A stretch of DNA of 63,888 nt, filler included, from Choristocarpus tenellus KU-1152 (lineage: Eukaryota; Protista; Phaeophyceae), in the NCBI GenBank assembly GCA_964200185.2. It is 12 parts of 12 records of this genome, joined end to end, with 100 filler letters (N's around TTAATTAATTAA, not from the genome) between each part and the next. Parts side by side here need not be neighbours in the genome. Positions count along the whole stretch, not along the records: positions 19,093 to 29,040 come from CAXNAD020003254.1; positions 29,141 to 35,002 come from CAXNAD020009563.1; positions 35,103 to 39,235 come from CAXNAD020016050.1; 9 more parts are not named here. One strand, 5' to 3'. Made by a program: the position numbers and the translations under genes. The notes beneath the pieces were generated by a model, which ran no database searches, was not told the DNA's origin, and was given only the letters and a program-made list of their open reading frames with translations. Below, piece after piece: positions 27,186-38,343 of this stretch. Numbering within the stretch: the first letter of the stretch is position 1; each line of letters opens with the position of its first letter.

Positions 27186-27365
27186 GACTCAAAGTATCTG
27201 GGAGGGGGTGGCGGCTGTCCATTTGGGGTCAATTTTTTCTTGTCGCGATTTTTGGGTGATTTGGTGCATTTCGTCGGATGGATAATGTAAATGCACTTTT
27301 CCTGATTTTGGCCCAAAAATGGACACCCTGGTATAGACCCCCCCCCCCCCCAGATACTTTGGGTC
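27186..27365. mobile_element. MITE family B, full length, TSD AAA/AGA
   Basis: GACTCAAAGTATCTGGG...CCCAGATACTTTGGGTC. Confidence 0.92.
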
Positions 27366-28987
27366 AGAGCCAAAACAACTGACAGGTAGCCAGGTTTAGG
27401 CCCCCTTTGCATTCCAAGCCATCTTTCTTGCCCTGTGCAATACACCTTGTTTCATTGATTTTTGTGTACAATAGTGGACCCAAAATTGATGTTTCCCCTT
27501 TCCACGCACAAAGTGATTCCACATTTCAGCAAAGGCCCTTTTTGCAATTGTAAAAAATGGCATCATTTTTCCATTTCTTGGGATCCGTAAAATGCAACCA
27601 GTTCACAGCCAGGCAGCAAAATACATCATAGTACACCGAGTATATGATAAGGATAAATGACAGTTGACGCGCATTCCAAATGATATGTTCCAGGTACAGC
27701 ATTCGGTCATGCTTTGAACTGTGAGTATTTTTGTGGAGAGTTTATACTATTATAGATAGACCCACATACTATACATGCTTTGTACCATTCGAAAAGATTT
27801 TGGAGAGAACTTGTACTGTAGACAACAGACTCTTAGAGGTATACCTCTTCATTCTTTTGATAGTGGAAAAATCGATTTTTGAAAAAATACAGTGACGAAC
27901 ACCTATAATACCATACGATAGTTTTCATTAGTTTTTTTTTCCTGTGGCAGATCTGAAAAATATCAGAGTATGCTTCTTTCTTATTTCATACGATTTTATT
28001 ATTTTGCCCACTGACATTTTCCAAATGTGTCAAGGGAAAAACCAATGAAAACTATTCACATGTCAGAATGATTCGTACATTATACATACCTCCAAATTGA
28101 CATGCTGCATTTTATTCATATTTGTGAAGTATAGAGTGCTCATAAAATATTTGTGGGCAAAAGAGGGGTGGGTCACCAGAACCCCGTCCCATCACAGAAG
28201 AACCAATAAATTAGTATTACATGATAAATTGCAGGAGATACGTCAGGCTTACGATTACTTCCTTGCCTGCATTCCCAATAATTCCTGGGTTACCAGTAAC
28301 AAGTTGGGGTTGGGTACAAATTCATTTTGTTCCATGGTTAATATTTTTCCACGATCGACAACTTTCTCTTTTTTTTGTTGTGATTAGCAGACATGGCTAG
28401 GGACCAAAACGCTGGGCAATCTAACACCTCCACTGCCTGCAGAGAAGATGCAATGTCATTTTATGAAAGGAAAAGCACTGCTTGAGGATTTGCGTTGGGC
28501 TCGTTGCATTGTAGGCTAGTTCTACCACCATTCATTGAGGTGTAGACATGCAGCAATAGGCTTGTACTCCGGAGTACATAACCACCTGTATTGCTGCTTA
28601 CTTTGAAGTATATATATTCGGTGCACCTGCTGAGGGGTGGTCATATGTCACCTTCACGTACAACACACAGTGATTGGTAATGGCGAAGTTAACAGCTAAA
28701 GACCACAAAGAACAAGCAAACCTGGCTGGCAAGGACTCATCATCAGTCCTTGTGGCAAAGGAAAGACGACACTTTCACGCACTGAATATGTTTTTCTTCT
28801 TACTTTTGCTTTCAATATTTGACTCTGCATGTATGTACGAAATCATGGTTCAATATTGGTAATTTGGTAGCATACGTGCAACCAAGTGCTACTGAGGTGG
28901 ACTTTCACACCCTGTCCCGTGTCACCACCACGTAGCAGACAATCTTCTACTTCGAAGTAGTATTATATGCAGCACTACAGAGTACTA

Positions 28988-29040
28988 TGTTCGATTAGAC
29001 TCTTCCAACTCTATCGGACAGTTACGGTAAATTATTTATG
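28988..29040. repeat. Terminus of a third dispersed repeat; reverse-complement copy at about 43052-43095
   Basis: TGTTCGATTAGACTCTTCCAACTCTATCGGACAGTTACGGTAAA is identical in both copies, each at a contig edge. Confidence 0.85.
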
Positions 29041-29140
29041 NNNNNNNNNNNNNNNNNNNNNNNNNNNNNNNNNNNNNNNNNNNNTTAATTAATTAANNNN
29101 NNNNNNNNNNNNNNNNNNNNNNNNNNNNNNNNNNNNNNNN

Positions 29141-29230
29141 GAATCGTTTTGATCAAAAATAAATAGAAAACCACCGCGCGAACACACGTGCCCCCCCCCC
29201 CCCCCCCCCCCCCCCCAGATACTTTGAGCC
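29141..29230. mobile_element. Family B-type terminus with a different interior
   Basis: polyC-AGATACTTTGAGCC preceded by sequence unlike family B. Confidence 0.7.
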
Positions 29231-30469
29231 TAGCCCCCCCTTCAAAGGCTGTTGCCGTAGAAAGAAAAAACAAGTGTTTGTCTACTACACCTGTAGCGCT
29301 AGGTTTTTACACGTGCTAGAAGGCGTTCACGAGGGCCACAAATACTTCCTCACATCCCTCTGTAAGATAGGATAGCTTCCATACAAGCCCTGGGTAGGAC
29401 TTCAATGTAATGCCGTTGTAACTCTACTACACTGGTCTCTGCTTGCGTAATTCCACCATATTCAAGGAACCTGACTGCAGTGTGTTGAGGGCTTGCATTA
29501 TGGACCTCCACACTTGTTGTGTTTTGATTACAACCGTTGCAAGTCATGTGCAGGATAGGTGATCATATTCCTCTGTGGTGCCTTTTGATTCCTCTTACAC
29601 ATAAATGCAATACCTTCATTATTCACGCCACCCCAAGTCTCAATTGCAGGTGTGAGAATGGCAAGTCTCCAACACCGTACAAGACGCCATAGGAATGGCA
29701 CTTTAAGGAGTTGAAAGTCTGGAAAAGCAAACAATTCGTGCAAAGAGCTTTTAGTGACCTCTGTTGAAGATGTCTCGAGCAGCGAAGGTTTTTTGTTCCA
29801 ACCTTTTCTTTCTTTTTTTGCGAAGAGACCCAACCTAGTCAATCACACATCACAATTTTATTGAAGTTTCAGTTGCAGCACCCGACAGGACACACCTCTA
29901 TTGCCTTTAAAGTGACATCATATAGAGGCACTTTTTTTGGGGGTGGGGGTGGGGGGGGAGGGGGGATTACAGATATGCGTTGGCGGTATGTATGCTCTTT
30001 CTTGAAGAAGCTGAAGGAATCAAATTCACCCGTAAGTTTCATCTTCCTCCTCATGTTGCTGAGGTTATTATTACTAGACCAGCAGGGATGAATAGAAGGA
30101 GTGCAGGGGAGTTGAAGGATGTCCAGTAAGGCGTTCCACTCCAAGGTGGAATACACGCCTTTTCTGTATGCCTATGTACTCTTTTGAGCACCTCTTACCT
30201 ATAGTGTTAGAATTGTCCCTGTCCTAGCCCAACCTCACTGCTGCCCCCAACTCTGTACATTGAACTACCCTTTCATAACTCGAGGTACAGTATGGCCGCA
30301 AATGCTTGTGTCCAGAGGTACTGCACGACACCAGAGCAGGAAGGACACGGCGGCCCTGATGCCTCTGCAGCCTGATAGCCTTTTAGAGACGCTGTGTTAA
30401 AAAAAACAAATTGCAGGGGATCCATCTGTGGATGGTGGCACTCTTTTTTGAAGGAACCTGCCCACTCAC

Positions 30470-33380
30470 CTTGTTAGTAACGGTTCCAGGGAGATTGCAC
30501 TCTGAGCCGCCTCCACGCTGGATGAAGATGGAATGCAACTTCTGACCCTCTTTGCGGATATCGAATTGTGTCCCTCCTTTTGCAACTTCTGACCCACCGG
30601 TCATCTCAGGCTCTGCCTCAACCACTGGATTGCCATCACCAGTCCCACTGCCACCCTTCGCCTGTCCCAGCATATTGTGGACCATCACCCAGAGGTCTAG
30701 CCCCTCTTCAGCGTACTCCAACACAAGGTACCTACGGAACCAGCCTATCCCTACCTCGGATGTGAGAACCTTCTGCAGGGATAGATCACCTAGGAACTCA
30801 GCAAACTGCAGCGGGGATGACTGGGTGAGTAGAAGTGCTTGGTGTAAAGGGGATACCACGAGATGTCAGTGTTGATTGAGTCAAACAAGGTTTAGCTAGA
30901 AGAAGAGGAGGAGCAAGGCCTAAGTTCCTCCAAAAGAAAAGGTCGGAGAAGATAGGGACATCGCATCAAACAATTCACGGCAATAGAGAACTAGGGTAGG
31001 GCGAATTTTGCATATCGGACGGGGGGTTAGGAAGGCGGTGAGGGAAATTAAAAAACTGAAGGGGAGGTGTTGAGCATAGTTGTGTCGAATAGAGCTCTGG
31101 GTTTACCAGTCAGAAAAATACTGTTTTGGCAACAAAGGGTTGAGGGAGGGGGGGGGGGTGATGGGAAATCTAGATGAAACGAGTGCAAGGCATTCTTTCA
31201 ATAGCACTTGGAAACATATTAAACTCTCTCTTAACGAGATCTTCTACAGATTGATCAAGGCAATCTTGTGTAACCAAGGACCCGTGTCAAACTTATTTTA
31301 TTTTATTTTTGTCAGATAGGTCAAATTGTATCTTGAACATCTACAGTACTGTGCAAAAAGTTTAGTACAAATTCAAAATTGGAGTTCCAGACTGGACGAC
31401 GATCCGAAGCATACGACAAAGAAGAACATTTTGCCTATTTGAAAAGAACCTTTTTTGCCTATTTGAAAGGTGACCGGTGGCCTGCGACCTTGATGGAATG
31501 ACCTGCACAGTCGCCTGATTTAAATCCCATTGAGAACCTATGGCATCATCTAGACTCGCAAGTTCGGAAGAGGTCCAGAAAACCGAAAAACCTGGATGAA
31601 TTGTTCAATGCATTACGAGAAGAGTGGGAAAACATAAATCCGGAATTTCTCAAGAATCTCGTGCACTCTATGCTTAAAAGATGCAGAGATGTCATGAACG
31701 CTAAAGGATATTGGACCAAGTATTAGAAGAAGAAGAACTGCTTTAAACTTGGTTATAGTATAGTTATAGTATAGTTATAGTACAGTTATAGTATAGTTAT
31801 AGTATAGTTATAGTACAGTTATAGTATAGTTATAGTATAGTTATAGTCAGCTTACGGCGAAATGAAAAAATCGGTTATTGCGAAATTCACAGTATAATAG
31901 GAACCAATGAAGTGATTTCTTCCATAACAATTTAGGAGGTCCTTATTAGACATAATAACGTTAAGCATGGCAAAATTTCCCGTAGGAACGCACAGAAAAG
32001 TGAAATTCATGTTTGTACTAAACTTTTTGCACAGTACTGTATGTGCTGGAGTTCCCTATACATGAGAGTTTCTCTATTGCCTCACATGTCCATCATTTAC
32101 AAGGTGTATCATGTTCAAGGTGAATGCCCTTTGATGAGGCAGATGAGGGCGGCCTGTGTACGCCCATTGACATTCGAGGCAATTGAAGCACTTCAAATAA
32201 AGAACTCTTGGGTAGTCCAACACTGCAACTGTGCCATATGCGAGAATAGTGCAATGATATTAGGAATGGTACTCTTTCTCCCTTCACCTCTCTGGACAGG
32301 ATTTCCTTAATATCTTTGATATCCTTTAGCATCAGCTCCTCAAGCTCCCCCCGGTCTATTCTCTGTTTGAGACCAGAATACATGCCTGATAGCAGGAACT
32401 CGGGCAGAAAGTCCCTCTCCACAATGGAAAACGTCATGTTATATGCTCCATCGAACATGGAGGGCTCCGGAGCATTCGAGCTAATTGCCTGTATCAGTCA
32501 CCGATAAAGTTCAGAGGATGGTGAAAGAAAACCCGGTGTATATTTAGCTTCAATTGATATCAATCACATTGGAATCATCACAGTAACGGAATACTTCGAG
32601 TGTTTGACAACATCACTTCTAAAAAGGAGCTCTATTCTGAAGTTGTGACAACACAATGCATCATTGCCTGTATTCTAGTAGAGTACCACGTATCTTGGGT
32701 CGATGGGCTAGCTTGCCTGCTTAATTCGAGTCTGGACTTCGTCTTCGAGAGCGACCATCAGAGGCGCACACTCTGTAATGTACAGGTTATAGATCTTGTT
32801 TGCTGCCTCTATGGCAGACTGCTTGGTAGAAGGGAAATTATGCTTAAAGTCACTGGCGGCCTCCAAAAACTCATAGTTTTCACTGCAGAACCTGGCATAC
32901 CGTAAACGGAGGTTTAGGAGTGAGTCTTGGCGGGTGGTGGTATCATGTTCGTTCGAGCAGTCATTCTAGGACGAACGTGTCTTAGTTTTTGTTGAAGATC
33001 CGAGACATGATTGTATATCGTCTAATCTGAAAAAAAACGCCTGGATGACCTTAACCAACAAGTTAATAGGCACTTCCTGTGGCTGACTTGCTAAGTCCCC
33101 ACCTCTGAATTGCAGGGCATTCTTCGAACCCCATTTGATTCCTTGCCCCTATTGATGTGCCCTGTCACCTTGTCGCCAGGAATTTGTGGAACTCCATAGC
33201 GTACAGGACATTCGATAGTACAGCTGAAAGAGTTTTCGGAGCCTCTTGCATATCTTGGAGCGTCGACTTTCCTTCTTCAAGCGATGTTGTCCTCGTGGAT
33301 CCCAAGTTCTCAACAAGTTTGGGGTTTTGCCCCTGTTTGGCCTTTGCCAAGACCGGGGCAAAGAAGGCACAGTTACCCAT
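30470..33380 (-). CDS. Protein with two RGS (regulator of G-protein signalling) domains; exons 33380-33169, 32891-32717, 32488-32288, 30805-30470; 3' exons unresolved
   Basis: MGNCAFF start; LSAVLSN..EFHKFLATRFCSENYEFLEAASDFK..ANKIYNLYITECAPLMVAL..MFDGAYNMTFSIVERDFLPEFLLS; second copy SLQKVLTSEVGIGWFRRYLVLEYAEEGLDLW..LHSIFIQRGGGSECNLP. Phases consistent. Confidence 0.88.
31344..32039 (+). mobile_element. Internally deleted Tc1/mariner element in an RGS gene intron
   Basis: Perfect 28-bp TIR CAGTACTGTGCAAAAAGTTTAGTACAAA, TA flanks, and transposase C-terminus PAQSPDLNPIENLW...RCRDVMNAKGYWTKY*. Confidence 0.95.
31752..31847. repeat. 11-bp tandem repeat (GTTATAGTA[T/C]A)n inside the Tc1
   Basis: About 8-9 tandem units. 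Confidence 0.9.
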
Positions 33381-33689
33381 TGGCTTGCCGTTGTGCCTGC
33401 TAAACAACGTCCCCTGCCGGGACGGCTACCCTCCTGTTTGGTTGTTGCTCGATTATTGCACCAAAATGAGGGCCGACATAAGTCGGCAACGTGGTAGACT
33501 TTGGTGCGCTTCATTGAGAGCTGACAGGACACGACAAGAAAGAAAGACGAAACCGTCGAAACAAATACAATTATGCTGTACCGTAGACCTGTAAGAATCT
33601 ACTTCTCTCTCGTTCCTATATACATTCTTTCCATTCGTGTTCTTCAGTTGGTGTTGAGTTTGAGCTCCAGAGGAGGGATTCAATCGTTC

Positions 33690-34493
33690 ATGGCGACGGA
33701 AGAGAAAAATGTTGTTGGGGATCAGAGGAACTGGGAGCAGCGCATCAACACCGAACTTGAGAGCGCAAGAATGTGGGCAGAAACCTGGGGACCCCTCTTC
33801 GACAAGACCAGTACAATGGATGAGGAGATAAAGCACCTTGAAGAGAAAGTGAAGACGTGAGATATGAATTGTTACAGGGATTTTCTCTGTAATCAAAAAG
33901 TTATCCTCAATGTACGCATACAACCCTCCCGCTCATTAACCGCTTGTTGTTGCTGACTGCCCAACTCCATCAGCAAGTTCGGGTGGACTCGTCCAATAGC
34001 TCTTGCAACTAGCTTTACTTGTCGGTGGCCCACACATCGATACTTCTTGTATACTTTCGTAGATGTCTTGAGCAATCCCGATAACGTTCTAACCAACAAG
34101 CTCCACAAAGAATCAAGGTCCAGGCACGTTTTTTTCACCTCTGACTGTGGGAACTTTCGCGGTCCGAAAAGACATGGCCGTTGGTTGCACCGACGAAATA
34201 TGGGCTTGTGCGTCCAATTTCGTTATGCTGACAATAGTAATTACCATTTGCATGATATCCGTACTTCGTTCCCATCACATGCCACCCTTCACAGGCTCCC
34301 TGGACAGGGGGTTCAAACCAATAGCCAACTGTCCTACGAGAAACAGAAACCCTTCCAGGAGTACCCTGTGGGCACAATGTGCCAGAGGAATTTACGTATA
34401 GAGGATGTGGAGGAGCTAGCCAGAGAGATGATGGCCAAGCAGACAAAAGAGACAACAGTCGGGCTACCAACCAGTCCTAAACAAAAAACCTGA
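33690..34493 (+). CDS. Small two-exon protein, C20orf85/CIMIP1 (LLC1)-like ciliary protein; exons 33690-33856, 34295-34493
   Basis: NVVGDQRNWEQRINTELESARMWAETWGPLF matches the family pattern N.V..D..W...l..E..a...W...WG.l; phase-2 GT-AG intron fits. Confidence 0.6.
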
Positions 34494-34883
34494 TGCATGT
34501 GTGTAGCAGTCGTTATAGTAGCAGTATAAATAGAGGTAGTTTTATAGATGACGTACGTTTTTGTCTTGTTTTCGGGAAGGGTGCATGTTCAAATATCTTT
34601 TCCTGATCTATCTGGTTGAGTGGTTGGAGAGAACGTACTTATGCCTATAGCTTTGAAGGTGAATGGGTGGATTAACTACTGGCTAATTTTCCATCCAACA
34701 AAAATACTGAGAAATACGGGGAATTCATGATATCTTTTAGATGCAAGGTGGAACAAAACTGCTCGACTGCCAGAGCCTCTATTTGTTTTCCTCGAAGGCC
34801 CTAATCCACTGCTCTGTTTATAAAGATTGCGTTGAAGCTGAGCAAGGTGATGCCTATGACAACATACATCACATTCGATTCGA

Positions 34884-35002
34884 GAGTGAAAGTATCTTAG
34901 AGGGTACGAGTTTTTCCCTGTTTGTCCATTTGGGCCTTGGTTTCCCACAGGTTTTTAATGACAGTTACCTACTCCAAAATGTTTCGGAGTAGGTAAAATG
35001 CC
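34884..35002. mobile_element. MITE family A, partial at contig end
   Basis: GAGTGAAAGTATCTTAGAGGGTACGAG... Confidence 0.9.
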
Positions 35003-35380
35003 NNNNNNNNNNNNNNNNNNNNNNNNNNNNNNNNNNNNNNNNNNNNTTAATTAATTAANNNNNNNNNNNNNNNNNNNNNNNNNNNNNNNNNNNNNNNNNN
35101 NNCCCCAGATACTTTAACCCAGTGCAACTCCCCGTGTTACACATTCAATACCTCAACCACAGAAAACCCCCACTTTGAAGGAAAGATCATACAGAAAAGG
35201 TCCAAGACCATTTCCACCATACAAGGCTGAATCTTTGCACTGCTTTGCCTCTGCAACTCCTGTTACAAAGCATGTGCTCTTGTCAAAACCCCGTCGCACT
35301 CTAACTTCACAGAGGTTGACTGGCTTGCCCTCCTTTTCTTCCTCCCCTAGTCCCTCCCCTTGACTGTGAGGCAGTCTCAC

Positions 35381-38343
35381 CTCTCGGCCTCCTCCCTCCC
35401 CCACTTTCCACGTATTGTGACTTGAATCCTGATGGCTGCAAGGCGTTCGATGTTTGACTTCCGGACAGCAAGGAATACGCGACGGCCCTCTATGCCACGG
35501 AAGAGCCGTTGAAGGCCAATTGCCATCTATTCTCCACGGGGTGATGGAAGGGGGAAGTTGAGTAGTGATGAAGGTCTAACTCCACCATTTGTTTTGGTAG
35601 ATATTGGACAGGGAGGAGAAATCCCTCACCAACATACAGTATACACCAACTAGGTGAGTGAAAGTATCTTAGGGTTAGGGTACGAGTTTTCCCCGTTTGT
35701 CCATTTGGGGCTTGGCTTCCGACAGTTTTTTTTTATGACGTTTTACCACTCCGAAATGTTTCAGAGTAGGTAAAATGTATACAATATGAAAAGGTGTGTC
35801 CGGAACGAGGATGTTGATTCTTCCTAACAAACATGATAGCCAAAATTACATCAAAATCGCAACATTGGATTTTGGGCCCCAAACGGACGCGGCTCTACCC
35901 TCTAAGTTACTTTGACTCAGGCCCAATACAAGTTGGTTGGGGCTGATCATTGGGGTTGAGAAAACAGGGGAAAAAACAAGAAATAGGTTTTGGCTCATAT
36001 TGAGGTGGAAGAGGATGAATAATAGAGATATCCACCTATAGTGAATGAAAGATGAAGCATCTCTAGGAAATGAGTCTTAACAAGGGTTTAACATTGCTCT
36101 ATTTCCAGTGCCTACTTGCATCCCTGCGCTAAAAACACTCCCATTTTCTCACCTGCAATCGTGCCCTTTCCATCCTTCTCCTCTGAGCCATTCTCCTGCC
36201 TAGCATCCCCCGAGCAACACGTCCAAGAGCAATTGCAGCCCGTAACCTTGCTGCGTCTGCCAGCTGCCTGCCTATCTGAATCCGAACAATTTTTCCTCTG
36301 GCATGCTTGGTAATGGTTGTTGCTGCTTGCTCCCGCTGTTCCACCCAGACTTGCTCAGCAAGTTGGCGCCGTAACCGTCGAGCAGAATATCCACGCAATG
36401 CTCGCTGCAGCTCAACTGCTGTAGCCTCCTCTAACCGCTGGCGTTCAAGTGCTCTGGCCCTAGTCACAAGCTTATTCCAGGTAACCCAAGCGATGGCCAG
36501 GTGTCGAAGTAGAGACCTATCAAGAACATAGACCATCTTGACGACTCCCTGGTAGCGAAGGTATGCCTCTGTGCGCTCAGCCCTTACCATGGCACACACT
36601 GTCTCCCGCCACCGGTCAAGCGCCCCTCCCCGCCGTGAGAGCATCACTTCATCCACCAGGGCAGCCAGCCGCTCACATGCCCACACTTGCAGGAAGCGCT
36701 GGGCGCGAGGTTGGCGTACAGGGCAGGCACGGGCAACAACTAGTACATCTTCCTTGACTGCCGTAGAGAGAGAACACACTTGTCCAACACTCCTTCCCAG
36801 TTCTTGCCTGAGAGCATGGATGTTTCCTATGCTTGCGCCTGTTGCCAACAGCATTGTTTGTTCTGTGGTCAGTTTTTGTTGCCTGCCAGTCCGCCCAGAC
36901 TGATCTACACAGCTCAAAGGGTTTCTCCATGTTTTTCCCAGTGTGGTAATCTCCCCAAAGGTGGAATTTAGTGTTGCTGATGCTCCCAACCCCAGCTGCA
37001 GATTTATTCCTGAGCAACGTGAGTGCCTGAGCACACGGGGGGTTGGGCGATCAAGTACCAATCCCCCAATTTCAACGTCTGCTCTATTCTCTCCAGCTTG
37101 AAGACGCTGTCTACCATGTGACTGTTCCGCTGATGTGCAACTGCATTGGCCTCCAGTCTCACGAGCAATACAGTATGGTTGGTTGCAGCGTTGAATACAC
37201 AGATGATGCGCCTTGCCCCTCCACTCCTTCTCAGACTTTGATGCCCTGTGTTGCTCAATGAAAGCACTATGGTATCTCTTACTTCCGCACTCCCTCTCTG
37301 TCTTTGATGTCTTGTGTTGTTCAATATAAGCACTATGGTATCTCTCACTTCTCCCAAGCTCTATCCTCTCAGTAGTACCCTTGTCAGGTGACGAACCATG
37401 ACCTGTGGTTCCTGCACTATGATGAGAGAGGGCTTCATATGGTCCTTTGTCAAGATCCAACACAACACCATTCCCTGGATCATTATCGCCCCCACAATTG
37501 GAAAATAATGTGAGACTGCAGATGTTTCCTCGCTGAAAGAGATTGCTCTCCAGCTCCACTAGTTGATCGCTTGTCAACCCCAGAGCTAACTTCATCCGAC
37601 TGAGCTCCTCTTCCTCCCGCAACCTTGTATTGCGCTCCCTCTCACTCTCTTCCCTAGGCAGTCGCCTCAAGAAGCCTCCTCGAGGACTTAAGCCCACATC
37701 AGGGAGGCGAAAAACAGGAAGCATGTGCACCTGCCCCAGCCGATGATTGCCCTTGAGTCTCTCCATCACTAACTCCTGTGAGAGACCAACCTCCAAGGCA
37801 GCCTCCCCTTGTGATTGGGGTTGTCAGGAGGGGCACGTGGGGTACTGCTGCCGTAGATTTGAAGAGGAGAGTATGTGAGAACGCGCTGGAATTTTGCAAC
37901 ATATCAATTGGAGGTAATTGGGGCAAGCAGTGGGCCTCACCGGTTGATGCCAATATCGGTAGCATGTCTATTCTTGTTACAGCTGCAGGTCTGTACACAT
38001 CAGGAGTCGCCGCCTTAGGTCCTCTCCTTTCCTTCTGCCGAACCTCGTCTGTATCCATGGCAGCTTCACTTCGGCTTCGCTTAAGGGGTGATACCCGACT
38101 GTTGCCTTTTATGCGACTTCGTTCAATCTTCAATCTTCTTTGTTCGTGTGGCCCACGTCTGCTTCCCAGTCCTGACTCATCTTCGCCTGTAGACAGTTCC
38201 TTGGTAGTGAATGGAGCGGGTTCATCCATGGCCAACCCCCTCTCCTGTCGAGCTTGTAATTCTTTTCGGAGACGGCGTTTTGTTCTCTCGAGCTCCTGGA
38301 GGAGGAGGCGCTGCTGCTTGCTGAGCTTGCCCAGAACTTCCAT
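35381..38343 (-). CDS. IQ-motif / coiled-coil protein, 3' end missing; exons about 38343-37941, 37807-36151, 35527-35381
   Basis: Long ORFs with repeated IQ-like motifs ATAVELQRALRGYSARR, AATTITKHARGKIVR, IGLQRLFRGIEGRR, AAIRIQVTIRG. Confidence 0.8.
35656..35918. mobile_element. MITE family A, intronic, TSD AGGT/AGGC
   Basis: GAGTGAAAGTATCTTAGGG...CCCTCTAAGTTACTTTGACTC. Confidence 0.92.

Noticed and set aside
37699-37941. Apparent frameshift between the 216-aa and 555-aa ORFs
   Set aside because: A phase-1 intron 37940-37808 (GTGAGG donor, CTGAC branch site, AAG acceptor) joins them in frame.
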